A stretch of DNA of 60,276 bases, counting the filler, from Thelocarpon superellum (taxonomy: Eukaryota), in assembly GCA_026025795.1 (NCBI GenBank). It is 4 parts of 4 records of this genome, joined end to end, with 100 filler letters (N's around TTAATTAATTAA, not from the genome) between each part and the next. Parts side by side here need not be neighbours in the genome. Positions count along the whole stretch, not along the records: positions 30,254 to 45,228 come from JAPEUG010000420.1; positions 45,329 to 60,276 come from JAPEUG010000421.1; 2 more parts are not named here. One strand, given 5' to 3'. A program made the position numbers and the translations under genes. Under the pieces are notes generated by a model. The model made no database searches, was not told where the DNA came from, and saw only the letters and a program-made list of their open reading frames with translations. Below are positions 36,068 through 48,366 of this stretch, piece after piece (the stretch's first letter is position 1; the number at the start of each line of letters is the position of its first letter).

Positions 36068-37234
36068 TTATCCCTCCTTCCACCCAACCGCTTTCCACGT
36101 CTCCGCCAGTCCAGTGGCGGGATCCTCGTCGGGGAAACCCCGACGGCGACGAAGCTCAAGCATCAGCTCGCGCACGCGACCGGCACACTCGATCCGCAGG
36201 TTGACTGCCTCCGCACCATACTTGAGCTGCTCCGTCAGCACTCCACGCTCCTGGCGGACCGCAGAGGGTCCCGCTGAGGCCGCTCGACACAGTGCTTGCC
36301 ATCTCCGGCGCAGATCGCCGAAGACACCTTCGCCATCCACCTCGTCTCCGAAGAAAATTGTCATCTCCTTGCCCCATCGGGGTAGGGCGCGCGGAGCGGT
36401 CCGATCCTCCCTCATCACTTGATCCATGCCCTCTACCCATATAGGCACGATCTGTGGCAACGCATCGGCTTCGAGAATCAAGCGCGAGATGCCCCACTTG
36501 AAGTATCGCATCGTCATGTCGCTGAATTGAGAGCATTTGCCCTCAGGAAAGACGTGGATCCAGCTGTGACGTCGGCACCGATATGCGGACGGGGCTCGGA
36601 TAGCATCCATGCCGTCGGTGGTATAGGTCAATGGCACGGTTTTCGGACCGTCGTAGGCACCAGGCATCGTAGTCGACGCTTCCGAAGGGTCGCTGAGCAG
36701 CCGGATACTCTCCGTCATGGTGGCCTGAAAGGGGCCACCGTGCTCAGAGAAGCGCAGGCGGTGGGTGGGCAGCACTTGGCCAAGAGCCCAGAAGGTCGAC
36801 AGCCCTCTGCTCCGGGGTCAGCGTAACTGACCTTCCATCCACGGCGTATCACGCACCTGTGGCGGAAGGCGATATCATGGGCGCCAAGTCCCCACCGCAG
36901 ACTGTCGGGAGAGCGGATATGGCGGAAAGGTAAGACACCAAAGGTCAACGGATCATCCAATCTGCACAATGGGTCAGGGCACGCCGCAACGGGACCGTCG
37001 TTGGTGAAGCATTTACACGCTAATATGATTACCCACGGTCAGGAGACCCCGCTCTCGACCATCGACGTTGCTGCGTTGGTCCAAGATCCTGACGAAGCCA
37101 TCCAGCCCTTCGACGCTGGTCCGATTGGCGCCATAGAGCAGAAAACGCATGAGGAAGCAGGTGACGGCCATGACGATCGACGAGCCCACTCGCCAGACCA
37201 GACCGGGTCGCTCCGGCCGCGGCTGGTGCGCCAT
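36068..37234 (-). CDS. TAZ1: Tafazzin (cardiolipin transacylase); exons 37234-37017, 36961-36857, 36806-36068
   Basis: HX4D motif NHISV|LDDP, LRWGLGAHDI, LGQVLPTHR, WIHVFPEG, MRYFKWGISRLILE. Confidence 0.93.
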
Positions 37235-37699
37235 TGTATACCTACGTGTCGTTCATGTCAACGGTGATGGAGATGCAAGCCGCCATGTGTTTCCGTACCG
37301 GGGATGATATCCTGGTCGTTGACACATGCCAATCACCGCATGGCCACGGCGGACCCCAAGGGCCACCATGATGCCAGGGGATCGACATGGCCACCCACCA
37401 GGTCTATATATCCGCAGTCCCATCACCAGGGCATAAGCCATGGTCGACAATTTTCTATCGTGTAACAGCAGTTGACCTCTTCGTTACAGCCGCAGATCGG
37501 CTATGCTTGAAGGAAGTGGTGTGAGGACAAAGTTGACATGTTGCGCCAGTTGAACCTGAGCTGATTGTTGGTGGTGTGAAAGTCGCCCTGGCTTGGGCGA
37601 CCGACGCCGGTCGAAAGCAGCTTTTTTGGAGTAGCTGCTTGATATCCCGTGTGGATCCGAGCATGAGCCAGGGTCTCTTGACGATTGAGAGTTGAGGGG

Positions 37700-37731
37700 G
37701 GATGGTGGATGGTGGATGGTGGATGGTGGAT
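37700..37731 (+). repeat. (GGATGGT)n 7-mer repeat in the TAZ1/NOSIP-like divergent promoter
   Basis: About 4.5 copies; the same unit occurs at 50463-50486. Confidence 0.9.
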
Positions 37732-38011
37732 ATGCACCGGACGTCGTTCGTTTCACGCCTGACGCCGTCTAACGCGTTGACGTGAAGAGCTTGTGCTGGA
37801 CGCGGAGTTGGTGGGCACGTCGCCTAAGAGCTCGCGGACGCCTAAGCAGGAACGTCGCCGCCACAGTGCCAGTCCGGGGATGAGCTGGGGCGACTTCGGA
37901 CACCGAACTACCAGGCATCTTCAAACATGGATACGCCCAGCTGCACTCAATCTCAACGACGTCAAATCCCCGCAGCTCAAATCCCCGCAGCTAGCCGGGA
38001 TCACGAACAAG

Positions 38012-39371
38012 ATGTCTCACAGTACGGACCTATCGTCAACATCTGGGAGTAGCTCTGCTGACTTGCGTGGCAATAGGCAAACGCAACACCTCGCTCGCCT
38101 TCTTCACATCCTATGAACGGTCGATGCTCAAGTCGACCTGGGGATCACAAGCCACACGTCTCAACCGGGACTCCTTCCTTCCTTTCGCCGCCTGTCAACT
38201 ATGTCTCCTCCCCTCCCAGTCTCCCGTGGCGTGTGCCAGCAACGGCGACATCTTCTGTCGCGAGTGCGCGATGAACAACTTGCTGGCGCAGCGGAAGGAG
38301 ATCAAGCGACTGGAGAAGGAGGAAGAGAAGCTGAAGCAGGACGAGGCCGCTGATGAGGCGCGATGTGACGAGGCTGCGAGGATTCGGGCGGTGGAGGACT
38401 TTGAGAAGGTGCAACGAGGGGTCGATGTGAAGCCGCGTGCCTCGAATGGTAACGAGGCCAAGAAGGAGAGCGGACGCAGCAAGAAACGGAAATTTGAACT
38501 GGACGAGGACGAGCTCCTTCGAATCGCTCGAGAGGAACGTGATCTGGCCAAGAAAGCGATCGAGAAGGAGAAGGTATGGACATGCCGAGCACCGACGACG
38601 CTCCAACTGACCCGGCGATGATGTAGACAGACGCCTCACGCACGCAGCTTCCCTCATTTTGGGTCCCGTCCCTGACTCCCTCCACCGCGAACCCTTCCAC
38701 CACCACCACCACTTCGCGACCTCAAAGAAAGCGTGAGCCAGTCTGTCCAGCATCGACTTCATCCCAGTCACATCCATACACCCTGAAGACGCTCGTCACG
38801 GTGAATTTCACCGAAGAGGTCGACGACAAGACCGGCGCCAAAGTTCGAATTTGCCCCGCGTGCAAGAAAGCGCTCAGCAATGGCCTCAAGGCGACGTGTG
38901 AGTGTTGCCCGCGAAGATCTCTCTCATATCCAATCCAACCTCCCTGCTCATGGCGGATCGCTAATGACTCTTTTGTCCCACGCTGCAGTGACCAAGCCTT
39001 GTGGGCACGTAATCTGCAAACCATGCGTGCAGCAATTCATGCGGGCCCGATCGCCGCCGGATCCGCATTCCGCCCCCGACAACGGGGCCGGCTCCTCATC
39101 TGCAAGTGCCAACGACGCAGAGGCCGAGATTAGATGCTACGTGTGCGAGACGAACCTCAGCGGCCCGACTTCAACGACAGGCAGGGATGGGGGCAAAGAC
39201 GGAGAAGAGGATGGACCAAGCAACAAGAAAAAGAGGAGAAAAGAGGAGAAGGAAAAGGAAAGGGAAGAAAAGATCAAGCCGGGCCTGGTGGAGCTCAGTA
39301 GTGAAGGCACGGGCTTTGCAGGCGCGGGCAAGAATCTCGTCAAGCGCGAGGGTGTGGTCTTTCAGTGCTGA
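38012..39371 (+). CDS. NOSIP-like RING/U-box protein; exons 38012-38021, 38077-38573, 38627-38897, 38989-39371
   Basis: MSHSKRNTS...FTSYER, CQLCL...[54 protein letters not shown]. Confidence 0.9.
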
Positions 39372-39522
39372 AGGGCGCTTTTACGAACGATTTGCGGATG
39401 AATTCTTCCTCTCAACATATGATCAACGGTGCTCGCGATGCCTCTGATACCTGCTCGGGGTCTATATCGTCCCTCATGGCCCGCCAGTCCACCAGTCCAA
39501 TACCCCTTAACCCTAGTCTGCT

Positions 39523-42500
39523 CTAATCGCTCCGAAGTAAGCCCTCGCCCTCCTCTACGTGCACTTCGGCCACGGGCGGCTCGTCCAGCTCCTCGTCCGC
39601 GACGAGCGGCGGATCGATATCGAGGTCGGCTTGAAAGGTGCCGGGCATGATGCTCGATGGGTGGGGGTGACCGGCCATGGCCAGCGAGGCGTCCGGAGTG
39701 GTGGGCGTCACGCCGACGACCGCCTCGGCATCGTCGCCCACCCCGTCGTCATCGTCGTCGAAATCAGCCATGTGCGTGCTGGAGGCGCGCGAGCCGCGCG
39801 AGGACCCGTCGGCCGCTTTATCGCTGGCGCCATCCATGAGGTTTTCGTCGTCCGATCCGCCTTCGCCGCCCAGGCTCATTCCCATACCCGGGCGGAAGCC
39901 GAAGCTCCAGTTCGACGTGCTCGCCAACGGGTGCACGTTCGAGCGCTCGGGGTATTCCGTGTCGACCGCTTCATCGACCTGCATCTTCTCGGCGTAGGAA
40001 TTGGGGGATCCGTCGTCCCTCATGGGCACGCTGTGCGAGTAGGATGGCAGAGCGTCCCCGTCATTCGTCGTCATCGTCGTCGTGAGGCTGCCGCCAGCCA
40101 AACCACCCGTGCCCGCTCGGAGACCCACTCCGGCTCCGTGTGAAGCGCTCGACGACCCAGTGCGGGAGGAGTCGTCGAGACCGTGACCGTCCCCCGCCGG
40201 TGAGCTGGACCGCGACCCACTCGTGCCTTCGGCCTCTTGTCGGGCTTCGTCCATGACCTGCTCGAGTTGAGGGCCACCCAGCGGCCGCTCGGCCCGCCGA
40301 CGGTAGAAGAGGAGGTATGCCGCTGGAGTCACTGCCTGTTGCGCGTTCTTGCGCGACGCCATGGTGTCTGCATCTGTTTAGTAATCACGCGGCAAACACC
40401 TCCCCGCCTCACTGCCTATCCCACGTACCATTATAGTCATACCAGTTGCCGTCGATGAAATTGCGCGCGCATGCCGTGTAATGGCCGCCCCCGAGCCCAC
40501 CGTAATGATTGTCCACGGCGAAGAGGTCGTACACGTTCGACTTGCCCTCCTCCGTCATAGCGACACGGTCACTCAGGTCCAACCCCTCCACGGGGAAGTC
40601 CACCAACACGTCAATCTTATCGCGCAGGCCGCGACTCGCGCTGAAGCGCTTCAGGTGGATGATGAGGATATCCGGGCACTTCCACAGTTCGAACTTCTTG
40701 TTGGCCCGTCGAAACTCCTTGCACCGCGGACAATACCAGGGGTCATTCTCCGACAGGATTTCGTCCTTGCCAAATTCATTCAGACAGTCTTCTAGGCTGA
40801 GCCCTTTCTTCCGTCGACTGGATCGAAGTGCACGCTTCTTGTCCAGTTCGGCATCGGGGAGCAGCTCAATGCTCTCCCACGTGCTGCATCCACGCATCAA
40901 GTCATCTGGCCGGGTGCCATTGAACAAGGCATCGTACGCTGGCTGCGTCCAGTCCAAGACGATGCCCTCGCCGGGCCGGATCAGTGGGCCATGGTCGTCC
41001 TCGGCAGCTTCCTCTTCCTCGGCGTCGTCGCCCTCCGACGAAGTCGCGCCGCGAGACTGCTTACCCTTCCGAGAGTAGGTGTGCTTGGGTCCGGGGGCGA
41101 TATTGCGCCGAGCCGTCTTACTAGCTGACACGGGGCGCGGCTCGATATCTTGGACCTCGGGAAATTCCTCCGAGTCATCGCCGCTCTCGGAGGCATTCTT
41201 GGGCACCACATTGTTTCCCCGCTCCAGGCTGTCACTGTCCTCGTCAAGCGTGTCCGAAGATCCGTCGGCCGAACCATCCGAGTTCTTGGCGCGGGCGTGA
41301 GGACCGTTGGCGACCACGACGGGGATACGCGACTCGAGCAGCGGGTGCTCCTTGTTGTCCTCGAGCGTCGAGCTCCAGCCGGTCGGCACCGTCTCGCCCG
41401 GCTGCGAGAAGTACTTCATCTGGAAGAGATTGCGAAGCTCCGGCGGAATGAAGCGTTTGGGATCCCGGATCGACGATCGCACACGCCGCGCCTCGGCTCC
41501 GGGGTGGGAGGCGGTCGACGACGGCTCCGCCGCATCCTTCATGGACACGTCGACGAAGCCATCTTCGCCTTCGGAAGAATCGGTCTTGACCTTGGTGCCA
41601 GAGGCGGAATCGGCATCCTCTGCCGTGGTCACCACCATGTCCTCGTCGTCGGGGGAGGTCGACGCGTCATCCTCGTCGATCTCGTCCTCATCTTCGATCA
41701 GCGGCCGGGTCGTCATGGTCGCCACCTTCTCCAGGACGATGCGCAAGATGGCATCGAGATCACGGGCGTCGCCGCGGGGGACAATGACATAGCTGGGGTA
41801 GGCGGTCAAGACGTGCGAAGAAGTGTACCGGGTCGCGTCGTCGCGCGGCACGCGATGAAAGAGGGGCACGAGCAAACGGTCTGCGAGCGGGGACTCCCAC
41901 GTCGGCGCAGGGCCGCCGTCGTCATCAGAGGTGTGCCCATAGTTGAAGGCAAACATGGAGCGGGGCTTCTGCGGCTTCCGTTTCGGGGGCGGATAGTTGG
42001 TCGGCACGTCTGCTAGCTCGTACACGGCCGCGTCATCGCGCTCCTGAATCGATTCAGAGACGGAGGCGTAGTCGTCGTACACCTTGTAGAACTTCGCCTT
42101 GAAGAGCTCCGCCGCATGCAGTCGCGCCGCTTCGACCTTGACCCGCGCTGCCACGAATTCTTTGAGCGCGCGGATGCTCCCGTGCTTGTCCATCTCCACC
42201 ATGATGCGGTGGGGCGGACCGACGAGGGGAAAGTAGTAGATCTCCTTGCTCCACACGTTCTCGATGGGCAATTGCAGGGTGAGATTGTTGAAGGGATCAA
42301 AGGTGATGCTGACCTTATCGCACACGGGGCAGACCAGCGTGGACTTGTAGGTGCCGGCGAAGAGATCGGCGATGACGGAGTCATTCCGGGCCTTGTAGAT
42401 GTCCCAACATCGGTCGGCGAGCACGCGCAGCGCGGCCGGATCGTGCGCCATCTCGTCGGTCGAGTCGGGCTTCTCGATGTAGGGTTTCTTGTGGATGCGG

Positions 42501-45022
42501 TTCAGATCCTCCTGTAGGCCGTCCAGGAGGAAACCGAGGAACTCCTGCGAGTCCTGCTGGCCGTAGCCGGAGAACGAGGGCCCGTACCGACCGATGGTAT
42601 TCTTGAAGGCGCGCGGGGTCACGGAGCTGGCCGCCGTGGGGGCGTACATCATGTCCAACAGGGCGGCGTAAGACTTGGCGACGTCGCCGTTGTGAGCCAG
42701 GGGGTTGGAGGGGTTGAGCTCCGCCTTGAACTTGCCGAGGCGGAAGTACTCCGTCAGCTCCTCCACGCTCCGGACACACTGCAGGGCCGAATTCATGTAG
42801 CACGTGTTGCCCAAGTTGCTGAGACCGCAGACGCCGATGGCGCGCCCGTCACGCCGCACGCGGCCGCGGGTCATGATGGGACCGGCTGAGGGCGCTGGGC
42901 TGGCACGGCCGCTGGCCAGACCCGATCGGGTCTTGCCTTTGTTCGGCGGATGCACGGTGGTGACACCATTCTTCGTGACGCTCAGGGCAACACCCTTGCC
43001 GGAGGCCGATCGCACCGCCGCCTCAGATACCCATTCCCCGCCGCCTGGGCCGCCCACGCGTTCCTCCAGGACCAGGGTCGCTTCCGTGGCAAGGCCAGCC
43101 ATGGCGAGATCCATGTGGCCGTTGTACTTCTCGTTGGTAGTCGGGTCTTGGACGTCAAGGGCTTCGCGTTGCGTGCCGTCCTGAAGAGACAAAAAGGCAT
43201 CCAGGTCGAGGACGAGTTTATCCACGGGTGGCGATGCGGGCAATGATGTCATGTCGAGGGCGGGGGAAACGCTCCGCGAGGGCGCAGGGCTGAGGATGCC
43301 GGGGCGGACGGGGTCGTTGTCCGTGGCGAGGACCCGCCACACGCGCACCTTGGTGGTGCGGTCAATGCCGGACATGGTCTTGACGCGGGTCAGAAAATGG
43401 TGAAAAGACTCGGAGCGACTAGCGATGGTCCGGATGGCGGGCATGGCGGCCTCCTTTAAGGACTGGGTCACGATGCCGCCACTGTCGTTGCGCACTTTGG
43501 TGATGGTGTAGACTGGCGGGTTGAACTCGTATAAGATGTTCTCCGATCCAGCATGGCCTTGAGGGTTGGTGTTGTGGGCATAGCGAGTGATGACGGGTGA
43601 GCCAGGGGCGGTGCCATACCAGCGGAGAATAAGGTCCCATGCTTGCTGTGGAAAGACCTCATAGTCCTCGGCCAAAGCGACCTCGGGCTTGAGCGGGACG
43701 AAAGGGTCGCCGGCTTCGTCGACTAACTCACGCCACTGATTCCCCGGGGCCACGAGCTCGGTATTGTCGACGGGTCCAATCCCCCCATCGATTGCGTCCT
43801 TGTCGATTTTGCCTCCCGTTCGACTCCCTGACGCGCGACTCTTGACCCGTTCCAGCCATTTGGTCGCGACCAAGTAACCTTTCTGGCCGTCTTGCGGGGC
43901 CTTCAAAGATAGGGCGGTGACCTGGGCAATCTGCTCGTCGACGGACGGCATACCGGCTGTCTCGACCGCCGCGGATCTGGCCGACCCAGGAGTGGCGGAC
44001 GGTTGATCGGTGACGTGGGTGGAGACCTCCGCCTCGTCCAGCTCGGCCCCAGCGCCATCCTCCAGATCTGACGCAGGGCGTTTGACCGCAGGGGAGGAGG
44101 ACCGTTGCGGGAAGTCGTCCGGACCAGCGTTCTTCACGCGTGAACGCGTGGGGCTCAGCGCCAGGGTGGCGGCGGGGCGGGCGGCGTCGCCATGCGGGTC
44201 ATCTGGGGCTCCATCGGCGCTGTCCGTAATCGACATGTCCCCCGCTGGTTCTGGGTCGAGCGACAAACCTGCATAGGCCGCACTGGGCGAGCTGGCAGCG
44301 GTGGAGGACGCCGGGTCGGGGGCGGGGGAGGAGGAACGGCGCGAGGCCTCCACGACCCCAGTTTGGAGGTGGGGCGGCAGATATCGCGGCGGAGGGGATG
44401 AACCGCGACGGGGAGGGTGTCGGAGGTCCCGGGCGGGCGTGGACTGCGCCGGCACAAATGCCGGTGGGTTCGAGAGGCCCGTCGACGCGGCCGGGGGAGG
44501 ATGGGCGTTGGTGGCGGGGTGAGAGGGACGACGGTGCGGCGGCGCGAGCTTCCGCTTCTTGGTCGACGACGTGTTGGAACGTGAGCTGTCCACGGCCGTG
44601 GCAGCTCGAGGGACCGTCTCGACGGGCGAGCGTAGGATGGGAAGGAGGCTTGTGGAGGGATGGCGGCGCGTGTAGGCGTATGGGCGTGTGAGCGTGGGCG
44701 TAGGCGTAGGCGTGAACGTGGGCGTGTGGGCTCGCACCCGTGTTCGCTCGCTCGCTACCTGAGGCCGACGGGCACCAAGGTTTGGGCGGCTACCACTCTC
44801 CGGACAGGCGGCACCAAGGGCAGGGTTGACCACAGATCCGAAGTGGCAGCGACGGTCACGACGATCTACCACAGTATTTTGGAGAATAGAGCCTGCGGTA
44901 CACGCATGAGCCGCATGAGCCGGGCGGAGGAAGCTTGCGGGTGGGGAAGGCCTAGGTCGAAGACGAAGGGTGGGCACTGGAGGTACTGACGACCGTGCAA
45001 GGCTGCCTGGAATATCTATCAT
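39523..45022 (-). CDS. UBP12: Ubiquitin-specific protease, USP4/11/15 (Ubp12) type, DUSP + split USP domain; exons 45022 (or 44236)-40429, 40367-39523
   Basis: DUSP (GYLVATKWL..GPVDN..AWDLILRWYG); Cys box GLSNLGNTCYMNSALQC; QQDSQEF; WYCPRCKE; HLKRF; His box NHYGGLGGGHYTA; AAYLLFYRRR. The start is uncertain. Confidence 0.95.
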
Positions 45023-45228
45023 GGGCCTTGTGGGGGAGCAGTTACGACGAGTAACCGCAGGAACTAAACACCACCACCACCACCACCACCACAACTCTCA
45101 CCCAGAGCTCCATGGCCGTCGAGCATCCGCATCCAGAATGGCCCCATTCGCTCGCTTACCGTTCGCCATCGTCCAACTCCCGAGTCCTCGCTAACTTGCG
45201 GTGAAGTGCCGCTCCGTGCATTACTTGA

Positions 45229-45328
45229 NNNNNNNNNNNNNNNNNNNNNNNNNNNNNNNNNNNNNNNNNNNNTTAATTAATTAANNNNNNNNNNNNNNNN
45301 NNNNNNNNNNNNNNNNNNNNNNNNNNNN
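45229..45328. other. Artificial contig spacer
   Basis: 44 N + TTAATTAATTAA + 44 N. Confidence 0.98.
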
Positions 45329-46056
45329 ACCTCCAACCTCCAACCTACCACATTGCCCCCTGCGACCTCTGCTCCACCCCATACGGCCCCGTCATCGTCA
45401 TCGTCCGTTGATTCGTCTCTGCAGGAATGTTTGGAAAGAAAAAGCCTCCGTCAAATGCAAAAATGGTGCGTAGATTCCATGGTTTAGTAATGTCGGTAAG
45501 AAGAGCAAGGTGTCGTGAGAAGTATGACAATGGCGAGGACGAAAATGGAGACAAAAATGGGGATGATAATGAGGATGAAGATGATGAGGATGTTGACAAA
45601 AGGACGATGAACGAGAATACTAATGGTAACAATGACCACGACCACAACCATGATGACGGTGATGACAGTGAGTGATCAGAGATGACCAGGACCAAGACTC
45701 GAGTTCAAGCGCACCAGGACGCAAAATCAAAAGCGGTACGAAGAGTGGAGGCAACGCACAACCTTTTTGACTCCGTCCAGATGAACAAGCATGACGCCGA
45801 GATAGTGCCGTGGGCCGCCCAGGAGGAAAGATGCATGCAGATGGAGGAGGAGGAGGAGGACGACGACGACGACGACGACGACGAAGGCGTGATATATGTC
45901 ATGTGCCATGTACGGTAAAGTGGAATTAACATCAAGACCCTGTGTCGGGTCCCGCCACGCGGCGAGGCGCGGCGCCATCGGACGCGTAGGACGAGGGACG
46001 AAGACGAGCAGGCGGGAACGAGCCGTCAGACGTGCGGTGTGCGATGCGCCGCGACC

Positions 46057-48366
46057 TCACCGCCCCAGCTTGCTCGACTTTCGCCCGGGCAGGGCGATCG
46101 TCTTGTGTAAACCGTTGGTCGCATTCTCCAGGTCATGCTCCCGAAGAATGTCGCTGTACTTGGGATCCTTGAGGAATTTGGGCACCGAGTCCTGAGCGCT
46201 GGTCAGTCCACGTACGGGCGAGGGGGAGGGGGCGCGCGACACGCGACTGGGCACGTACGCTGGACATGAGTTTAAACACCGAGTTCTGCGCCTCGTCGAA
46301 GAGGCGCGCCACCTCGTTCAGGCTGTCAATCATCGCTTGATCGTCTCCCACCGCTCTCGTCATCCGGCTGGCCAGGTTGTTACGCAGGTTGTGGTCGATG
46401 TTCAGCTCGCATGGCGAGCCGGGCGCGAGGAAGGCATTATAGAGCCCTGTCACGTGGTCAGTCGGGCCCATCCATCTCTGGACTCGGTTGGGGATGACAT
46501 ACCGTACGCGGCCGCCAGCGTCTCGCGGATCGTGTCGATCTTGGGGTTGGGCATCTTGCGGATCCCTTCCCGGTAGCCCGTGGTGAATTCAACCACGTCG
46601 AGATAGAAGGCCAGGTTCTCCTCGCAGTGCGTATCGCGGAGGAACTCGCGGAAGAGCAGTCGCAAGGCCGGGTCGGCCAGGATGGCCGCCAGCCGGTTGT
46701 TGTTCGAGTCGCGCGAGGACTTGGCGTCCCCCTTCCGGCTGTCGTCGTCGTCGCTGTCGCCCAGCTTCTCGCGGAGGATCCAGCCGGCGACGCGTTGCCC
46801 CTTGTTCGTGAGCGTGTAGATGGAGTTCTTGGTCGGCTGGAACGACGTCTCCTTGGGATGCTCGCGGATGTAAGCCTTGTCGTCGGTCACGGGGTACATG
46901 AGCCCGTCCTTGACAAACTGCCCCGCCGTCTCACACGCCTCCTTGCGGTCGACGGTGGTGGAGCAGTCCATCAGCCAATCGACCGCCGCCTTGCCCGTGA
47001 ACGTGTTCCGCACCGTCTTCTCGAAGACCTTGCGCTCCCGGGCCATCTTGACCCCGATCATGCCGTTGTAGTAGTCGCTGACCGAATCCGAGTCGGCCGT
47101 GGCGATGGAGTTCTTGGTGTTGGGTCCGTCCGGGCCAACGAAGCGACGGAAGATGACCTCCGTTGTCGCCTTGTCGTGCGACAGGCGATCGGTGGAGAGG
47201 TCGCGCTCGAGCAGCACCAGCTGCATGCAGTTCCGCGGCGACTCCAGCAGATCGAGCACGTGCTTCTGCGTGATGCCGTTCCGCTGGCAGAAGCGCGACA
47301 GCACATGCATGCCCTTGGGCGTGAGCTGCCACACTCCGTTCTTCAGCGGAAACGTGGCCGCGTGCTTGCCGTCAGCCGACTCGATGAAGCGCCCATCCAT
47401 GAAGCGTTGACAGACCGACCGGGCCATCTCACGGGCCATGGAGAAGGTGGTGGTCGTCGTCGTCGTCACGATGCGCGAGGGGTCTTTGGGATCGGGCATG
47501 CGATTGGACTGCGAGAACTTCAGGGAGCCGAGATTGTTGATGGCCTCCTCGGACGTGAAGGTGTGCTCGACCTTCTGGAAGCGGACGCGGTGGGCGATCA
47601 GGGGCAGGCTGACCATGAGGGTGGAGAAGAGGTCCTTGAAATCCCGGGTGAAGGGCCGCTCCTCCTCCGTCATCCGGAGCAGGCGGGAGGATGTCTGATG
47701 CATCTTGTTGTAGGAGCCCGGGGCCGCCGGGACGGGCGAGGATGCGCGAGAGTTCACGGCGGATGAGGCCCGCGAGTGTGCGCGCGGGGTGCTGGCGTGG
47801 GAGAGGTGATCCAAGGGCTGAGCCCGGTGCTCGAGGCCGGGGTGGGAGCGAGGGATCTCGCGCGTGCCACGCGCTTCCACAGACGTGGCGAAGGCGGGAT
47901 CCACCAGGGCGCCGGTGGAGTCGGACTGATGCTCGGTGGAGTAGGTCGACGAGGCGCTGGAGCTCCAGGGCTTGTTGGCAAAGTTGTGGATCGTCGACGA
48001 CGTCTTGTCCCGAGCGAGCGCGGCCAGACCCGAGAGACCGATGCGCGAGCTCGAGTGCGACGACCGCGTGCTGAGGCTGGTGCGGGTCAGATTGGCGGCG
48101 GCGGCGGCGGCGGAGGGCGGGAGCGCGCCGTGAGAGGGCGTGCCCGCAGACGGAGGGCGGGAGGGGCGCGACGGGGGAAGGATCGTCGTCGCCGTGGTCG
48201 CCACCGAAGATGAGGGTGAGGTGGAGGAGAAGGAGAGGCCGGGCCGGCGGTTCGACGAGGTTGAGGGAGCGGTGGCGGAGCTTTTGGACCTGGTCGCAAC
48301 GGGAGCGGTGGTGGTGGTGATGGTAGTGCTTGTCGCAGGAGAGACGACGGAGGACGAATCCGTCAT
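46057..48366 (-). CDS. flbA: Regulator of G-protein signalling FlbA/Sst2 (2 DEP + RGS); exons 48366-46503, 46446-46259, 46191-46057
   Basis: MHQTSSRLLRMTEEERPFTRDFKDLF; DEP motifs (NTFTGKAAVDWLMDC); RGS domain LFREFLRDTHCEENLAFY...G|LYNAFLAPGSPCELNID...LMSS|DSVPKF. Confidence 0.96.

Noticed and set aside
45345..45935. Acidic low-complexity ORFs (45427-45675, 45682-45918)
   Set aside because: Built from (GAY/GAG)n microsatellites downstream of flbA; no domain or splice support
46057..46074. SKL near the FlbA C-terminus as a PTS1 signal
   Set aside because: SKL is followed by GR*, so it is not terminal; no readthrough-type TGA CTA context was seen at the gene ends checked
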